DNA from: Candidatus Undinarchaeota archaeon
GTDB lineage: Archaea; SpSt-1190; JASMDC01
Direction of reading: 5' to 3'
DNA: 64,000 nt
NCBI GenBank assembly: GCA_964519305.1
Contig: CAZFHY010000001.1
Span: 1 to 64,000 of the forward strand
Below, in pieces: positions 30,627 to 39,059 of the stretch. Numbering within the stretch: the first letter of the stretch is position 1; each line of letters starts with the position of its first letter. The notes under the pieces were generated by a model. It saw nothing but the letters and a program-made list of their open reading frames with translations. It was not told the DNA's origin and did not search any database. The translations under genes and the position numbers were made by a program.

Positions 30627-30688
30627 GTTCCGCGGGGGGCGGGGAGAATTTAAGTAACTTTGCGGCGCTCACCCTGAAAGTGAACGCC

Positions 30689-31525
30689 ATGGACCGGCTA
30701 AGGCTCCTCTTCATCAAGACAGGAAACATCGGGGCATCGACCCTCATCGAGCACATAATCGACGAGCGGGCCACCCGCCAGGACATCGAGGTCCGCGTGG
30801 TCGGTTGCGGCTCACGCCTCGATCCCGCCTCGGTGATCTGGCCGACGGACATCGCTCTCAACGCCCGAGCGAACCTGGTGGTGTACGTCACCCCCAACGC
30901 CTCGCTCCCGGGCCCCATGGAGGTCATCAAGGCGATCAGGTCCGCGGACATACCGCTAATCATCGTCAGCGACGGTCCTGCCGTCAAGGCGCGCGAGGCT
31001 TTCGAGGAGCTGGGTGCCGGGTACATCCTGCTTCATGTCGATCCCATGATCGGTGCACGCTCGGACCTGCTCGATCCGACCGAGATGGTGCTCTTCAATG
31101 CTGACGTGCTCAGGGTGCTGGCCGCCTGCGGTGTAATCCGGACCATCGCCCGGGAGCTCGATGCCACAATCGAACGCCTCAAGGGCGGGGATGCCACCCT
31201 CCCAAGGACCATCATCGACCACCACCTGCCGACCACACTGGACGAGTTCTCGAACCCCTATGCACGCGCTAAGGCCATCGCCGCCCTGGACATGGCCTCG
31301 CGGGTAGGGCGACTGGACGTGGAGGGCTGCTTCATGGAGAAGGAGCCTGCCCGCTATCTCCCGCTCATCGCGGGGGCACATGAGCTCATGCGTGGTGCGG
31401 CCCTCCTGGCCGACGAGATACGTGAGCTGGAGAAGGCCGACGACGCGCTCCTGCGCACTCCGCACCGACGCGACGGCGTGGTGGCCAAGAAACGTCCCCT
31501 GGACGAGCGTCCGGTTTCACCGTGA
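30689..31525 (+). CDS. mtd: F420-dependent methylene-tetrahydromethanopterin dehydrogenase (divergent)
   Basis: IKTGNIG...DERA.RQDIEVRVVG; PNASLPGP; DPMIGAR..LLDPTEMVLFNAD; FSNPYARAKAIAA; AHELMR; RTPH. Confidence 0.88.
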   Translation: MDRLRLLFIKTGNIGASTLIEHIIDERATRQDIEVRVVGCGSRLDPASVIWPTDIALNARANLVVYVTPNASLPGPMEVIKAIRSADIPLIIVSDGPAVKAREAFEELGAGYILLHVDPMIGARSDLLDPTEMVLFNADVLRVLAACGVIRTIARELDATIERLKGGDATLPRTIIDHHLPTTLDEFSNPYARAKAIAALDMASRVGRLDVEGCFMEKEPARYLPLIAGAHELMRGAALLADEIRELEKADDALLRTPHRRDGVVAKKRPLDERPVSP

Positions 31526-32400
31526 GGCAGGGCTGCATGGAGGTCGACACCATCCCCGAGGGCTTCGGTCGGGTCATGGCCCGTGTGCTCGTCACCGCAA
31601 AGGACGCTGCATGGGCCCACCGTGCTGCGGAGGCCGCCTGCGGGTTCGCCACGTCCCTCACCATGTGCCCTGCTGAATGCGGTATCGATGTTGAGGTCAA
31701 AGGTCAGGACACCCCTGATGGCAGGCCCGGCGTTGTGTTCATGGTCGTCCAGCGCACGCTCCCACTTCTAGAGGAGCAGCTCGTGGCCCGCATCTCGCAA
31801 TGTGTTCTGACAACCCCCACAGCGGCCTGCTTCAATGCACTGGAAAGTGACGAGGTCCTGCCCATCGGAAGCGAGGTCCAGCATTTCGGTGACAAGCTCT
31901 CAACCAAGGAGGAACTTACCGGTCGAACACTATGGCACATCCCTCTTATGGGCGGCGACTTCATAATCGAAGATACCTTCGGAGTCGCCCGTGGTGAATC
32001 GTACAAACTCTGGATAATGGGTAGCGAGATGGGCGCGCTCACCGCCGCAACGGCCGCTGCTGGAACGGCCTCGAACGTGGAGGGCGTGTTCCTCCCTTTC
32101 CCGGGCGGGATCTGTGCAGCAGGGTCCAAGGTGGGTTCGGTGCACTACCCCTCCCTCAAGGCCTCCACCAACCATCCCTACTGTCCAACGGTGCGAGACA
32201 AGGTAGAAAGCAGGCTTCCCGATGGGGTCGAGGCCGTGTACGAGCTCGTGATCACCGGTCTCGACCGCCGCCGGGTCGAAGAGGCGATGAGCGGGGCCGT
32301 CGAGGCGGCCGCTGCGAACGGAGCGGCCCGCATCTCTGCAGGTACGTTCGCGAAGAAGATGGTCGCGCGCCGACCCGACCTGTCCGACCTGCTAGACTGA
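31522..32400 (+). CDS. ftr: Formylmethanofuran--tetrahydromethanopterin formyltransferase (divergent)
   Basis: GFATS..MCPAECGID; TPDGRPG; RISQCVLTTPTAACF; PFPGGI..AGSKVGS; ASTNHPYCPT; VYELVI.G. GTGA overlap with mtd. Confidence 0.88.
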   Translation: MRQGCMEVDTIPEGFGRVMARVLVTAKDAAWAHRAAEAACGFATSLTMCPAECGIDVEVKGQDTPDGRPGVVFMVVQRTLPLLEEQLVARISQCVLTTPTAACFNALESDEVLPIGSEVQHFGDKLSTKEELTGRTLWHIPLMGGDFIIEDTFGVARGESYKLWIMGSEMGALTAATAAAGTASNVEGVFLPFPGGICAAGSKVGSVHYPSLKASTNHPYCPTVRDKVESRLPDGVEAVYELVITGLDRRRVEEAMSGAVEAAAANGAARISAGTFAKKMVARRPDLSDLLD

Positions 32401-32439
32401 GAGATCAGGGAATATTACTTGTATATACTATTCTTGAGG

Positions 32440-32452
32440 AATCTATATAAAA
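32440..32452 (+). promoter_or_regulatory. TATA box upstream of micro-ORF 1
   Basis: AATCTATATAAAA; a similar AATCCATATAA lies at ~32739-32749 before micro-ORF 2. Confidence 0.55.
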
Positions 32453-32506
32453 CGATATTAGTATAGTATTGTTTAGAGAGAGCAACCCCCGAGGTGGCGT
32501 GTGAGA

Positions 32507-32584
32507 ATGATAACACTTCCGAGCCTAGCCGTGGCCGTGCTCACCGTGCTGTATGCCGTTAAAGGATACAGCGAGGTCGAGTAA
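32507..32584 (+). CDS. Hydrophobic micropeptide 1, MITLPSLAVAVLTVLYAVKGYSEVE (25 aa)
   Basis: GAGGTG RBS at 32491; gap-free homology to the next two micro-ORFs. Confidence 0.7.
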   Translation: MITLPSLAVAVLTVLYAVKGYSEVE

Positions 32585-32800
32585 CGCGCTGACGTGATCC
32601 CCACTGGTAAACGACCCCTACGGTCCGGTCCAGCCCGACCACACAGATATCGGAGCGACCGTCGTCGCGGATGCTGGTCCATTCCCAGAGAGGTCCACCC
32701 ATCCCCGTTTATAATTATCATATATATTAACAGTGTGAAATCCATATAACCCTGGAAACACATCTACTACTTGTAGCGAGAACACCCCCTGGTGATGCCC

Positions 32801-32890
32801 ATGTTGACAGTACCCGTTTTTGTAATGGCAATTCTGACCGTGCTCTATGCGATCCAAGGATTCCGCGAGGTCAAGAACAATCTCGCCTAG
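32801..32890 (+). CDS. Hydrophobic micropeptide 2, MLTVPVFVMAILTVLYAIQGFREVKNNLA (29 aa)
   Basis: GGTGA RBS at 32791; shares LTVLYA..G..EV with micropeptide 1. Confidence 0.7.
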   Translation: MLTVPVFVMAILTVLYAIQGFREVKNNLA

Positions 32891-33068
32891 CTAGAATCCC
32901 TTGGCTGCGAGCATGTCGCACAGGTCGTTCTATGACCTTTTCTATCGCCTTTTTCACTAGGAAGAGCCTTACATCATAGTAGTGGTATAGTACGATATAT
33001 ACGTTAACGTTATAGCTCAGTAATGATAATACTTACTGTAACGAGAAAATAGTAGGGAGGAACTGCAC

Positions 33069-33176
33069 ATGGTGACACTGCAATTGATCGCACTTGGGTT
33101 GGTCATCATCCTGTACGCAGCGCATGCCTATAGCGAGCTTTCAGAGGACCATCGGTCCCTGTCACACGACTTCTAG
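33069..33176 (+). CDS. Hydrophobic micropeptide 3, MVTLQLIALGLVIILYAAHAYSELSEDHRSLSHDF (35 aa)
   Basis: GGGAGG RBS at 33055; MxT...LYA...YSE in the same register as micropeptides 1 and 2. Confidence 0.65.
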   Translation: MVTLQLIALGLVIILYAAHAYSELSEDHRSLSHDF

Positions 33177-33248
33177 GATGAACGCTTCGGGGGATGTCCC
33201 GGGAAGGCCCAAGTATTGATAGGTACGAATCGGTACGCCCTTGGAACC

Positions 33249-34112
33249 TCAACGCTGGTCCATTAGCCAACGGTTCATCCTTATCCGGTTGATCTTACCC
33301 ACCCTCTCCTTGATTATGACCTTCTTTCGCTCCAGACGCTGGAGCGCGCGCGAGAGCGGGTACTTGTCGAGGGAAAGACGTGAGCGGATCGTGGTCTGTA
33401 GGAGCTCACCGTCCGACTTGAGCAGTTCCTGGACTATCGCCTTCTCAGTATCGTCCAGGGTCTTGAGCACATAGTCCAGTCCGCGCGTCGGTTCACCCTC
33501 TTCCTCCTCAGGCTCCCCCGCCTCTTCGGGATTGCGACTGATGGCCACAAGGTAGGCGGTCCACCCCAGGGCGAACACCAGAAAGACTATGGGCAGTGCA
33601 AGCGCCATCTCACCACTGAGCCTATAGGACACGTTGATGAGGCCAATGGGATCGTCAAAGCTCACGATGCGGGCCTCGACAAGGTGCTGCGAAGGGATCG
33701 TCGAGTTGCGTGGAAGGAAGTGGGCCCGCTCGGGAAGAGCGACCGAGTAGGTGATACCTTGTGTGAAGTGAGGTATGAAGGTCAGAGTGCTCGTCTTCCC
33801 ATCGGTCTTCACCAGACCTGAGATATCGTACTTGACCGTTACCGGGCCACCATAGGGATTATGGACCGAAAGCCGTTTGGAGGCAGCCGCGTAGTCGTAC
33901 GGGAGCATTCCGGAGCCTGTCCGTATATCGAAATCCCTGGGTTCATGGAGGAAGCGCATGGTGAGCGTCGTGTTCCTGACCATGTTGACCACATAGGATA
34001 CGTGGACCAGTCCATCTGCGTCCACGTCCAACCGACAGGAGTTGGGTAGCGCCTGGCCAAGTGTTACTAGGCAGAGCACAAGAGCGATAATTAGGACCTG
34101 GCTTCGGGTCAC
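33249..34112 (-). CDS. Membrane-anchored protein with extracellular domain and C-terminal wHTH (COG2512-like transmembrane regulator)
   Basis: Signal peptide, one TM, then LDDTEKAIVQELLKSDGELLQ...LSRALQRLERKKVIIKERVGKINRI. Start moved to the GTG at 34112. Confidence 0.8.
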   Translation of the reverse strand: MTRSQVLIIALVLCLVTLGQALPNSCRLDVDADGLVHVSYVVNMVRNTTLTMRFLHEPRDFDIRTGSGMLPYDYAAASKRLSVHNPYGGPVTVKYDISGLVKTDGKTSTLTFIPHFTQGITYSVALPERAHFLPRNSTIPSQHLVEARIVSFDDPIGLINVSYRLSGEMALALPIVFLVFALGWTAYLVAISRNPEEAGEPEEEEGEPTRGLDYVLKTLDDTEKAIVQELLKSDGELLQTTIRSRLSLDKYPLSRALQRLERKKVIIKERVGKINRIRMNRWLMDQR

Positions 34113-34134
34113 GGAGCGGACGTTCCTAATCAAC

Positions 34135-34142
34135 TTATATAA
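34135..34142. promoter_or_regulatory. Palindromic TATA box shared by divergent genes
   Basis: TTATATAA, 23 nt from GTG 34112 (-) and 27 nt from ATG 34169 (+). Confidence 0.65.
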
Positions 34143-34168
34143 ATCTTGTCGGGCGTTCGATTGTTCAC

Positions 34169-36982
34169 ATGGCACTTCATCGTCTGTTACGTACCATCTC
34201 AGCCATTGTCCTCGTCGCCCTGCTCCTGACACCGGGCAGCGCTATAGTCGCGGACGAGGTCGTTGAGGAGGTGGACATATCCACATTGAAGTACGCTCAG
34301 GTGGACATCACTTATGTTCTCCCGAGCCGCTACCTCGATACACTCGATGACCAGCTGCTCAACAGCAGATGCTCCCTGCTATCCTCGGTGACCGGGTGCC
34401 GTGCTTCGATCTACGGTGGCGAGGAGAAGGTAGTGTTCAACATGCTCGAGCCCAGCCCCGAGATAGGGGTCAGGGACCTCGACGTCCAAGAGGACCTCAT
34501 CAACGTCGAGTTCTACTTCAAGTACCTGCCCAAGCAATACGTGCTCGCCCAAGGACTGATGGTGCGTGAGCGAGGTATGAAGATCAGGTACCCCACCCAC
34601 ACGACCGTGCTCAACTACGTCCTGGACATGCCCCTCCTCTCGCAGTTCGCCATTTCCAGGCGGGCCGTCCCGTTCTCGGCCACGGTGGACAAGACGTCCT
34701 TCGTCATCGGTGAGACCATCCCTATCCCAAAGATCACAGAGGGCATATTCTGCATCGCCGCCCTCCTGGACGGCGACACGGTCATCGTCCGTGATTACTC
34801 GAGCACCTGTTCACCCTTCGAGCTCGGGACCACTTCGTTCATCCCCGAGGGCAGCTACGACCTATACCTCATCGCGCTCACCGGGAGCGCGACCAAGTAC
34901 AACAGTATCCGGGTGGACCTGGAAGCGTCCGATATCCCGACCTATCTGGATCTGGACAAGGACAGGTGCAACCTGGGCGAATCCTTCGTTGTGAAGGTCA
35001 CATCCTCCGAGGACCTCGACCGGTGCGAGGTGCACTTCATGGACCCCTTCGGCAACCAGGTGGAGGAGCGCACTTCGTACGATTGTGAGAACATAATCCT
35101 CGGAACGTCTCCCGCCCTGGTCCCTGGACGCTATCTCGTCAAGGCATATTCCTGGAAGGGAGAGGAGCGCGGGGCAGCTTCTATGAGCATCACCCTCGTG
35201 GGACAGGGCTACTCCTCCTCCGAGATCACCACAGACAGCAATGTGTACAACGCGGGCGACACTATCGAGGTGTACTCCGAATCCGAGGGCGACTACTGTC
35301 TGACCGAACTCTTCGACTCAGAGTACAACAAGGTCGCCGAGGCCGAATCTGTCGGATGCGAAGCCGTCGACATCCCGGCCCATGACAGTCTTGAGGCGGG
35401 CAACTACCTGATCAAGACCACCGTGAAGAAGAACGGACGCATCATCTCCGTGGCCCCCAAGGGGATCGAGATCAGACCCTGGTCGGAGCATAGCGGCACG
35501 GTCCAGTCCGACCTCTGCCAGCAGGGCAAGCTCTTCATCCTGGGCGAGCGCTTCCCCTGCATATCCACCGGCGAGGTGTGCATCCCGTCATCCTCATCCA
35601 AGCCGTTATGCCTCTGTTTCGACCAGAGCGGTAATCCGAAGGACTTTTGCGATTACGGCCACACATGCGGCCAGACCGGCTGCTCCGAAACGAAGGTGTT
35701 CAAGACGCCTTTCATCATAATCCGCGACCAGGGTAATTGCCTGGCACGCAAGGGCGACCAGACCATCTCCTGCATCGAGCTGGGCGAGATCTGTGGCGGT
35801 AACTGCGTGTGCATCAACGAGAAGGACCAGCCTCTATCTTCCTGTGTGGGTGGCGACTCCTGCACGTTCGAGGGATGCAGTCGCTCCACCATCGAGTTCG
35901 AGGTGACGTCGGTCAGTCCGGAAAGCGTGCGCGCGGACGAGCTGCGTGCCGGAAGTGCCGTTTCGTGGAAAGGACATATGCATATGGACGACCAGCTCTT
36001 CTCAGGGAGCAGGTCCCAGCTAGAGTTCACCATGCGACTGGGAACGATCACGCTCGAGGACGCTGACATCGAGGAGGAGTACGTCTCCGCCGCAGAGGGC
36101 TGGAAGGTGACAGGCACCTTCTCGGGCGACCTTGATCCCGGTAACTACGAGACGTTCCTCATGGTGAAGCGTGGCGAGGACGTCCACATCATGCGCAAGG
36201 CATTCCAGGTATGGTACCCCTTGTCCGAGAGCGCGCTGAACATCGAGCTCCGGTACGTCAATCCCGAGAAGATGTCCTATCGGGAGCTGGGTCTGGAAGG
36301 TGGAGGGATCGAACTGCACGCTCGTGTGACCAACCATGCGGGCCGTGCGCTCACCGGTAAGGACCTGCCACCCGATGTGTTCAATATGAGCCTTGAGGGT
36401 GCTGCTACGTCGCTCGGTGCGTTCTCCATGTCCGAACCGAAGTTCGACAAGAAGCTCGGTCTGTGGGTCATCAAGGGTACGTTCTACACGAAAGTGAGGA
36501 TCACCATCAGCAGGCTCGAACTTTCCATCATGCACCTGGGCAGGACAGGCGAGGCCACATCGCCCTTCGAACTGCTCGAGCACGTGCCACTCGAGATAAC
36601 CATCAGGACAACCGAACCTGGGAGCAACAAACCCATCTTCCACCTCATGGCCATCACCGGGTTCGACATCGATGTGTACGTGGACATCGAAGGCTCGTCC
36701 TCGCTGCAGAGCAAGGACTTCAATATCAAGATCGGGCACGTCGAGATCAAATCCGACTGTGGTACGGCGGACGGGGACCCCTGCATCGGTTACATAGTGG
36801 ACACCGAAAGGGGCGTGCGCATCCACCTCTCCAACATCAAGCTCTGTGAACTGGAGGACGTGTCATCCGACAGCGTCCGCAATCTCAGCATCGAGATCGA
36901 GGAGATGGGGCAGAAGGCCAGGGCCAAGACCCAATTGCGCATCGTCAGCAATCCCGGCAAGTACCAAGTGAGGTGTTCCTGA
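34169..36982 (+). CDS. Exported 937-aa Ig-like/Cys-rich protein, paralog of 4799
   Basis: Shared EEV.D.STL, IRYPTHTTV, CLAR.G..T..C.E.GEICG..CVC and C-terminal NPG...RC. Confidence 0.8.
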   Translation: MALHRLLRTISAIVLVALLLTPGSAIVADEVVEEVDISTLKYAQVDITYVLPSRYLDTLDDQLLNSRCSLLSSVTGCRASIYGGEEKVVFNMLEPSPEIGVRDLDVQEDLINVEFYFKYLPKQYVLAQGLMVRERGMKIRYPTHTTVLNYVLDMPLLSQFAISRRAVPFSATVDKTSFVIGETIPIPKITEGIFCIAALLDGDTVIVRDYSSTCSPFELGTTSFIPEGSYDLYLIALTGSATKYNSIRVDLEASDIPTYLDLDKDRCNLGESFVVKVTSSEDLDRCEVHFMDPFGNQVEERTSYDCENIILGTSPALVPGRYLVKAYSWKGEERGAASMSITLVGQGYSSSEITTDSNVYNAGDTIEVYSESEGDYCLTELFDSEYNKVAEAESVGCEAVDIPAHDSLEAGNYLIKTTVKKNGRIISVAPKGIEIRPWSEHSGTVQSDLCQQGKLFILGERFPCISTGEVCIPSSSSKPLCLCFDQSGNPKDFCDYGHTCGQTGCSETKVFKTPFIIIRDQGNCLARKGDQTISCIELGEICGGNCVCINEKDQPLSSCVGGDSCTFEGCSRSTIEFEVTSVSPESVRADELRAGSAVSWKGHMHMDDQLFSGSRSQLEFTMRLGTITLEDADIEEEYVSAAEGWKVTGTFSGDLDPGNYETFLMVKRGEDVHIMRKAFQVWYPLSESALNIELRYVNPEKMSYRELGLEGGGIELHARVTNHAGRALTGKDLPPDVFNMSLEGAATSLGAFSMSEPKFDKKLGLWVIKGTFYTKVRITISRLELSIMHLGRTGEATSPFELLEHVPLEITIRTTEPGSNKPIFHLMAITGFDIDVYVDIEGSSSLQSKDFNIKIGHVEIKSDCGTADGDPCIGYIVDTERGVRIHLSNIKLCELEDVSSDSVRNLSIEIEEMGQKARAKTQLRIVSNPGKYQVRCS

Positions 36983-38850
36983 TGGTCGAGCGCACACGAG
37001 GTCAGATGGCTCTCATCGGGCTCGCGGCGGTAGCACTGGTAGTCATCATGATCGTTTACATGATGAGCGGTAGCCGCAGGACCGAGACCGAGATCAATAT
37101 CAAGGACATCGAGTCCGCCGGCCTCAAGAGCGAGCTGGAGAAGGTGGAGAGCATCGTTACCGATATCTTCGAGGAGTCGATCCACTCCTCTGCGCTCGAG
37201 CTGGCACGTCATGGTGGGTATGCCCGCGGCAATGTACCGCCCCGCAATCTCGGGCTCACGCCGTACTGGTTCTACAAGGGGAACATCATCAACATCCCCT
37301 CGGTAGAGGTCATGACGGGCATGATGAAGGAGCGTATGGAATGGCGCATCCAGAACGATCTCAATGACCTGCGCAAGAACCTGCGGATGGACATGTTCCA
37401 CATCGGCCAGCCACGGGTCACCGTCACTCTCACCGATGTCCAGATCAACGCTGACCTGGAGCTACCTATCGAGGTAGTGCAGGGCGAGAACAAGGTCAAG
37501 ACCAAGATCGAGTTCACTCACACGGCACAACTACGTCTCAAGCTGTTACGCGACCTGGCCGAGAAGTACGTGCGTAATTACGCTGAAGTGCGTTACATGG
37601 AGCAGCAGTGGATGCACGGCGTCAACAACGATCCGCGGGTACCTAACACCCACGGTGCCGAGCCGGACGCGACGGGTCCCTGTACGACCTGCCAGGTCGT
37701 CAAGTACACGAAGCCGGGTATGACCTCAGCACTGCAGGAGCACGCTCAGCTCCACTCGTCAATGGAGCTCCAGCGTGCACGCAACCTACCTTTCTTCCAG
37801 AAGGACGCCAGTGGCGATCAGGTCAAGGACATCCAGCTCGACTTCAAGGCCAATGAGAAGGACCTCGAGTTCGAGTTCACCGCGAATCCGGGCGAGGCCT
37901 GCGAGAGCAACACCGAGGTATACCTCATCGAGCAGGGCAACACGGGCAGTGCGCCCATGGGCTCGTGCCAACATATGACCGTGACCTCCTATGACCTGTT
38001 CATGTTCCCGGTGGAGATCATCATCAGGGACCTGCTCAAGATCGGCATGGTCATGACCACAGAGACGGCCGAGACGACGACGGACCAGGACGGCAGCGCG
38101 ACAAAGAGCGTCGTCAAGCCCCTTGAGTTCCATATCGCCCTGAACTCCTACTTCACGACCGGTGATCCCAAGGCAGTGGACGGCTCTGTCAACGATCCTG
38201 AGACCGTCGATAACCTTTGTCAGGGAGCCTGCTCTATCGACATAAAGGCTACAAATGTCAACGAGGGCATGCTGTTCATCGACTCGTGCGAGTACGGGCC
38301 CGGCAACCACTTCACTGAGGCCAACGTACCCTGCGGTATCCACACCATCACGTTCAAGTCCATCGATCCCGCGGGCAAGGCCAAGTGGGTGAAGAGGGAC
38401 CCCATCACGGACAACTACCAGCTCGAGATCGAGGTCCAGGACTATGCATCGGTGAAGGGCACCATCAACATGAAGAACAAGGTGTACTGCACCCAGTCCA
38501 AGCGCGTGGAGGACAAGGGCCTCGAGACACTGGCGTACTACGAGGGCGATCCGCCTCGGACGATCAGGCTGTTCTTCTACCCCGTCAACCACAGGCTGGG
38601 AGAGATGGTGCATGCCGACATCGACGAGAACGGTGCCTACGAGGTCCCCGTTATCAATCCCGGGACATATCTGGTGCTTGCCTTCCCCACCGAGGACGCC
38701 TCACACCGCCCTACGCACAAGGTGCTGCCAAAGGGCCTGGTGATGGACATCGAGCCAGGTACTAACGACCTGAACATCGAGCTGGAGCCCATGCGCGTGG
38801 AGAAGGTCGGCGACAAGTACGTCAACGTGGTCGGAACCGAGGACTGTTAG
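36982..38850 (+). CDS. Large pilin-like protein 3
   Basis: RTRG|QMALIGLAAVALVVIMIVY; TGATG overlap; ELARHGGY...PYWFYKG; ends TEDC. Confidence 0.75.
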   Translation: MVERTRGQMALIGLAAVALVVIMIVYMMSGSRRTETEINIKDIESAGLKSELEKVESIVTDIFEESIHSSALELARHGGYARGNVPPRNLGLTPYWFYKGNIINIPSVEVMTGMMKERMEWRIQNDLNDLRKNLRMDMFHIGQPRVTVTLTDVQINADLELPIEVVQGENKVKTKIEFTHTAQLRLKLLRDLAEKYVRNYAEVRYMEQQWMHGVNNDPRVPNTHGAEPDATGPCTTCQVVKYTKPGMTSALQEHAQLHSSMELQRARNLPFFQKDASGDQVKDIQLDFKANEKDLEFEFTANPGEACESNTEVYLIEQGNTGSAPMGSCQHMTVTSYDLFMFPVEIIIRDLLKIGMVMTTETAETTTDQDGSATKSVVKPLEFHIALNSYFTTGDPKAVDGSVNDPETVDNLCQGACSIDIKATNVNEGMLFIDSCEYGPGNHFTEANVPCGIHTITFKSIDPAGKAKWVKRDPITDNYQLEIEVQDYASVKGTINMKNKVYCTQSKRVEDKGLETLAYYEGDPPRTIRLFFYPVNHRLGEMVHADIDENGAYEVPVINPGTYLVLAFPTEDASHRPTHKVLPKGLVMDIEPGTNDLNIELEPMRVEKVGDKYVNVVGTEDC

Positions 38851-38858
38851 TACCCGAG

Positions 38859-38880
38859 GAGCGTCCGGCTACGGGCGCTC
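38859..38880 (+). terminator. GC-rich hairpin just after the stop codon
   Basis: GAGCGTCCG-GCTA-CGGGCGCTC (9 bp, one G-U pair). Confidence 0.4.
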
Positions 38881-38904
38881 GTCTTGACAACGCGGGCAGT
38901 ACTC

Positions 38905-39059
38905 GTAGCTTGGTCCTGCTCCCGAGGATGCTTTCGATGAGCATATCGTTTACTTATGTAAACAACGGTGACAGGATGGACGGTACCATCCGCAAGGTGG
39001 ATGAGCTACCTTTGACCTCGGAAGGTATCACGGTAGTGGACGGGAGCAGCTAGTTCTAC
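38905..39059. ncRNA. Candidate multibranch structured RNA between convergent operons
   Basis: Closing stem CTGCTCCCG (38916-24)/CGGGAGCAG (39041-49) encloses hairpins ATGCT/AGCAT, GTTTAC/GTAAAC, GGATGG/CCATCC, AAGGTGG/CTACCTT and ACCT/AGGT. Confidence 0.4.

Noticed and set aside
32410-33176. Possible CRISPR array or leader in the AT-rich periodic region
   Set aside because: No identical 25-40 bp repeats with spacers; the periodicity is explained by three promoter plus micro-ORF units.
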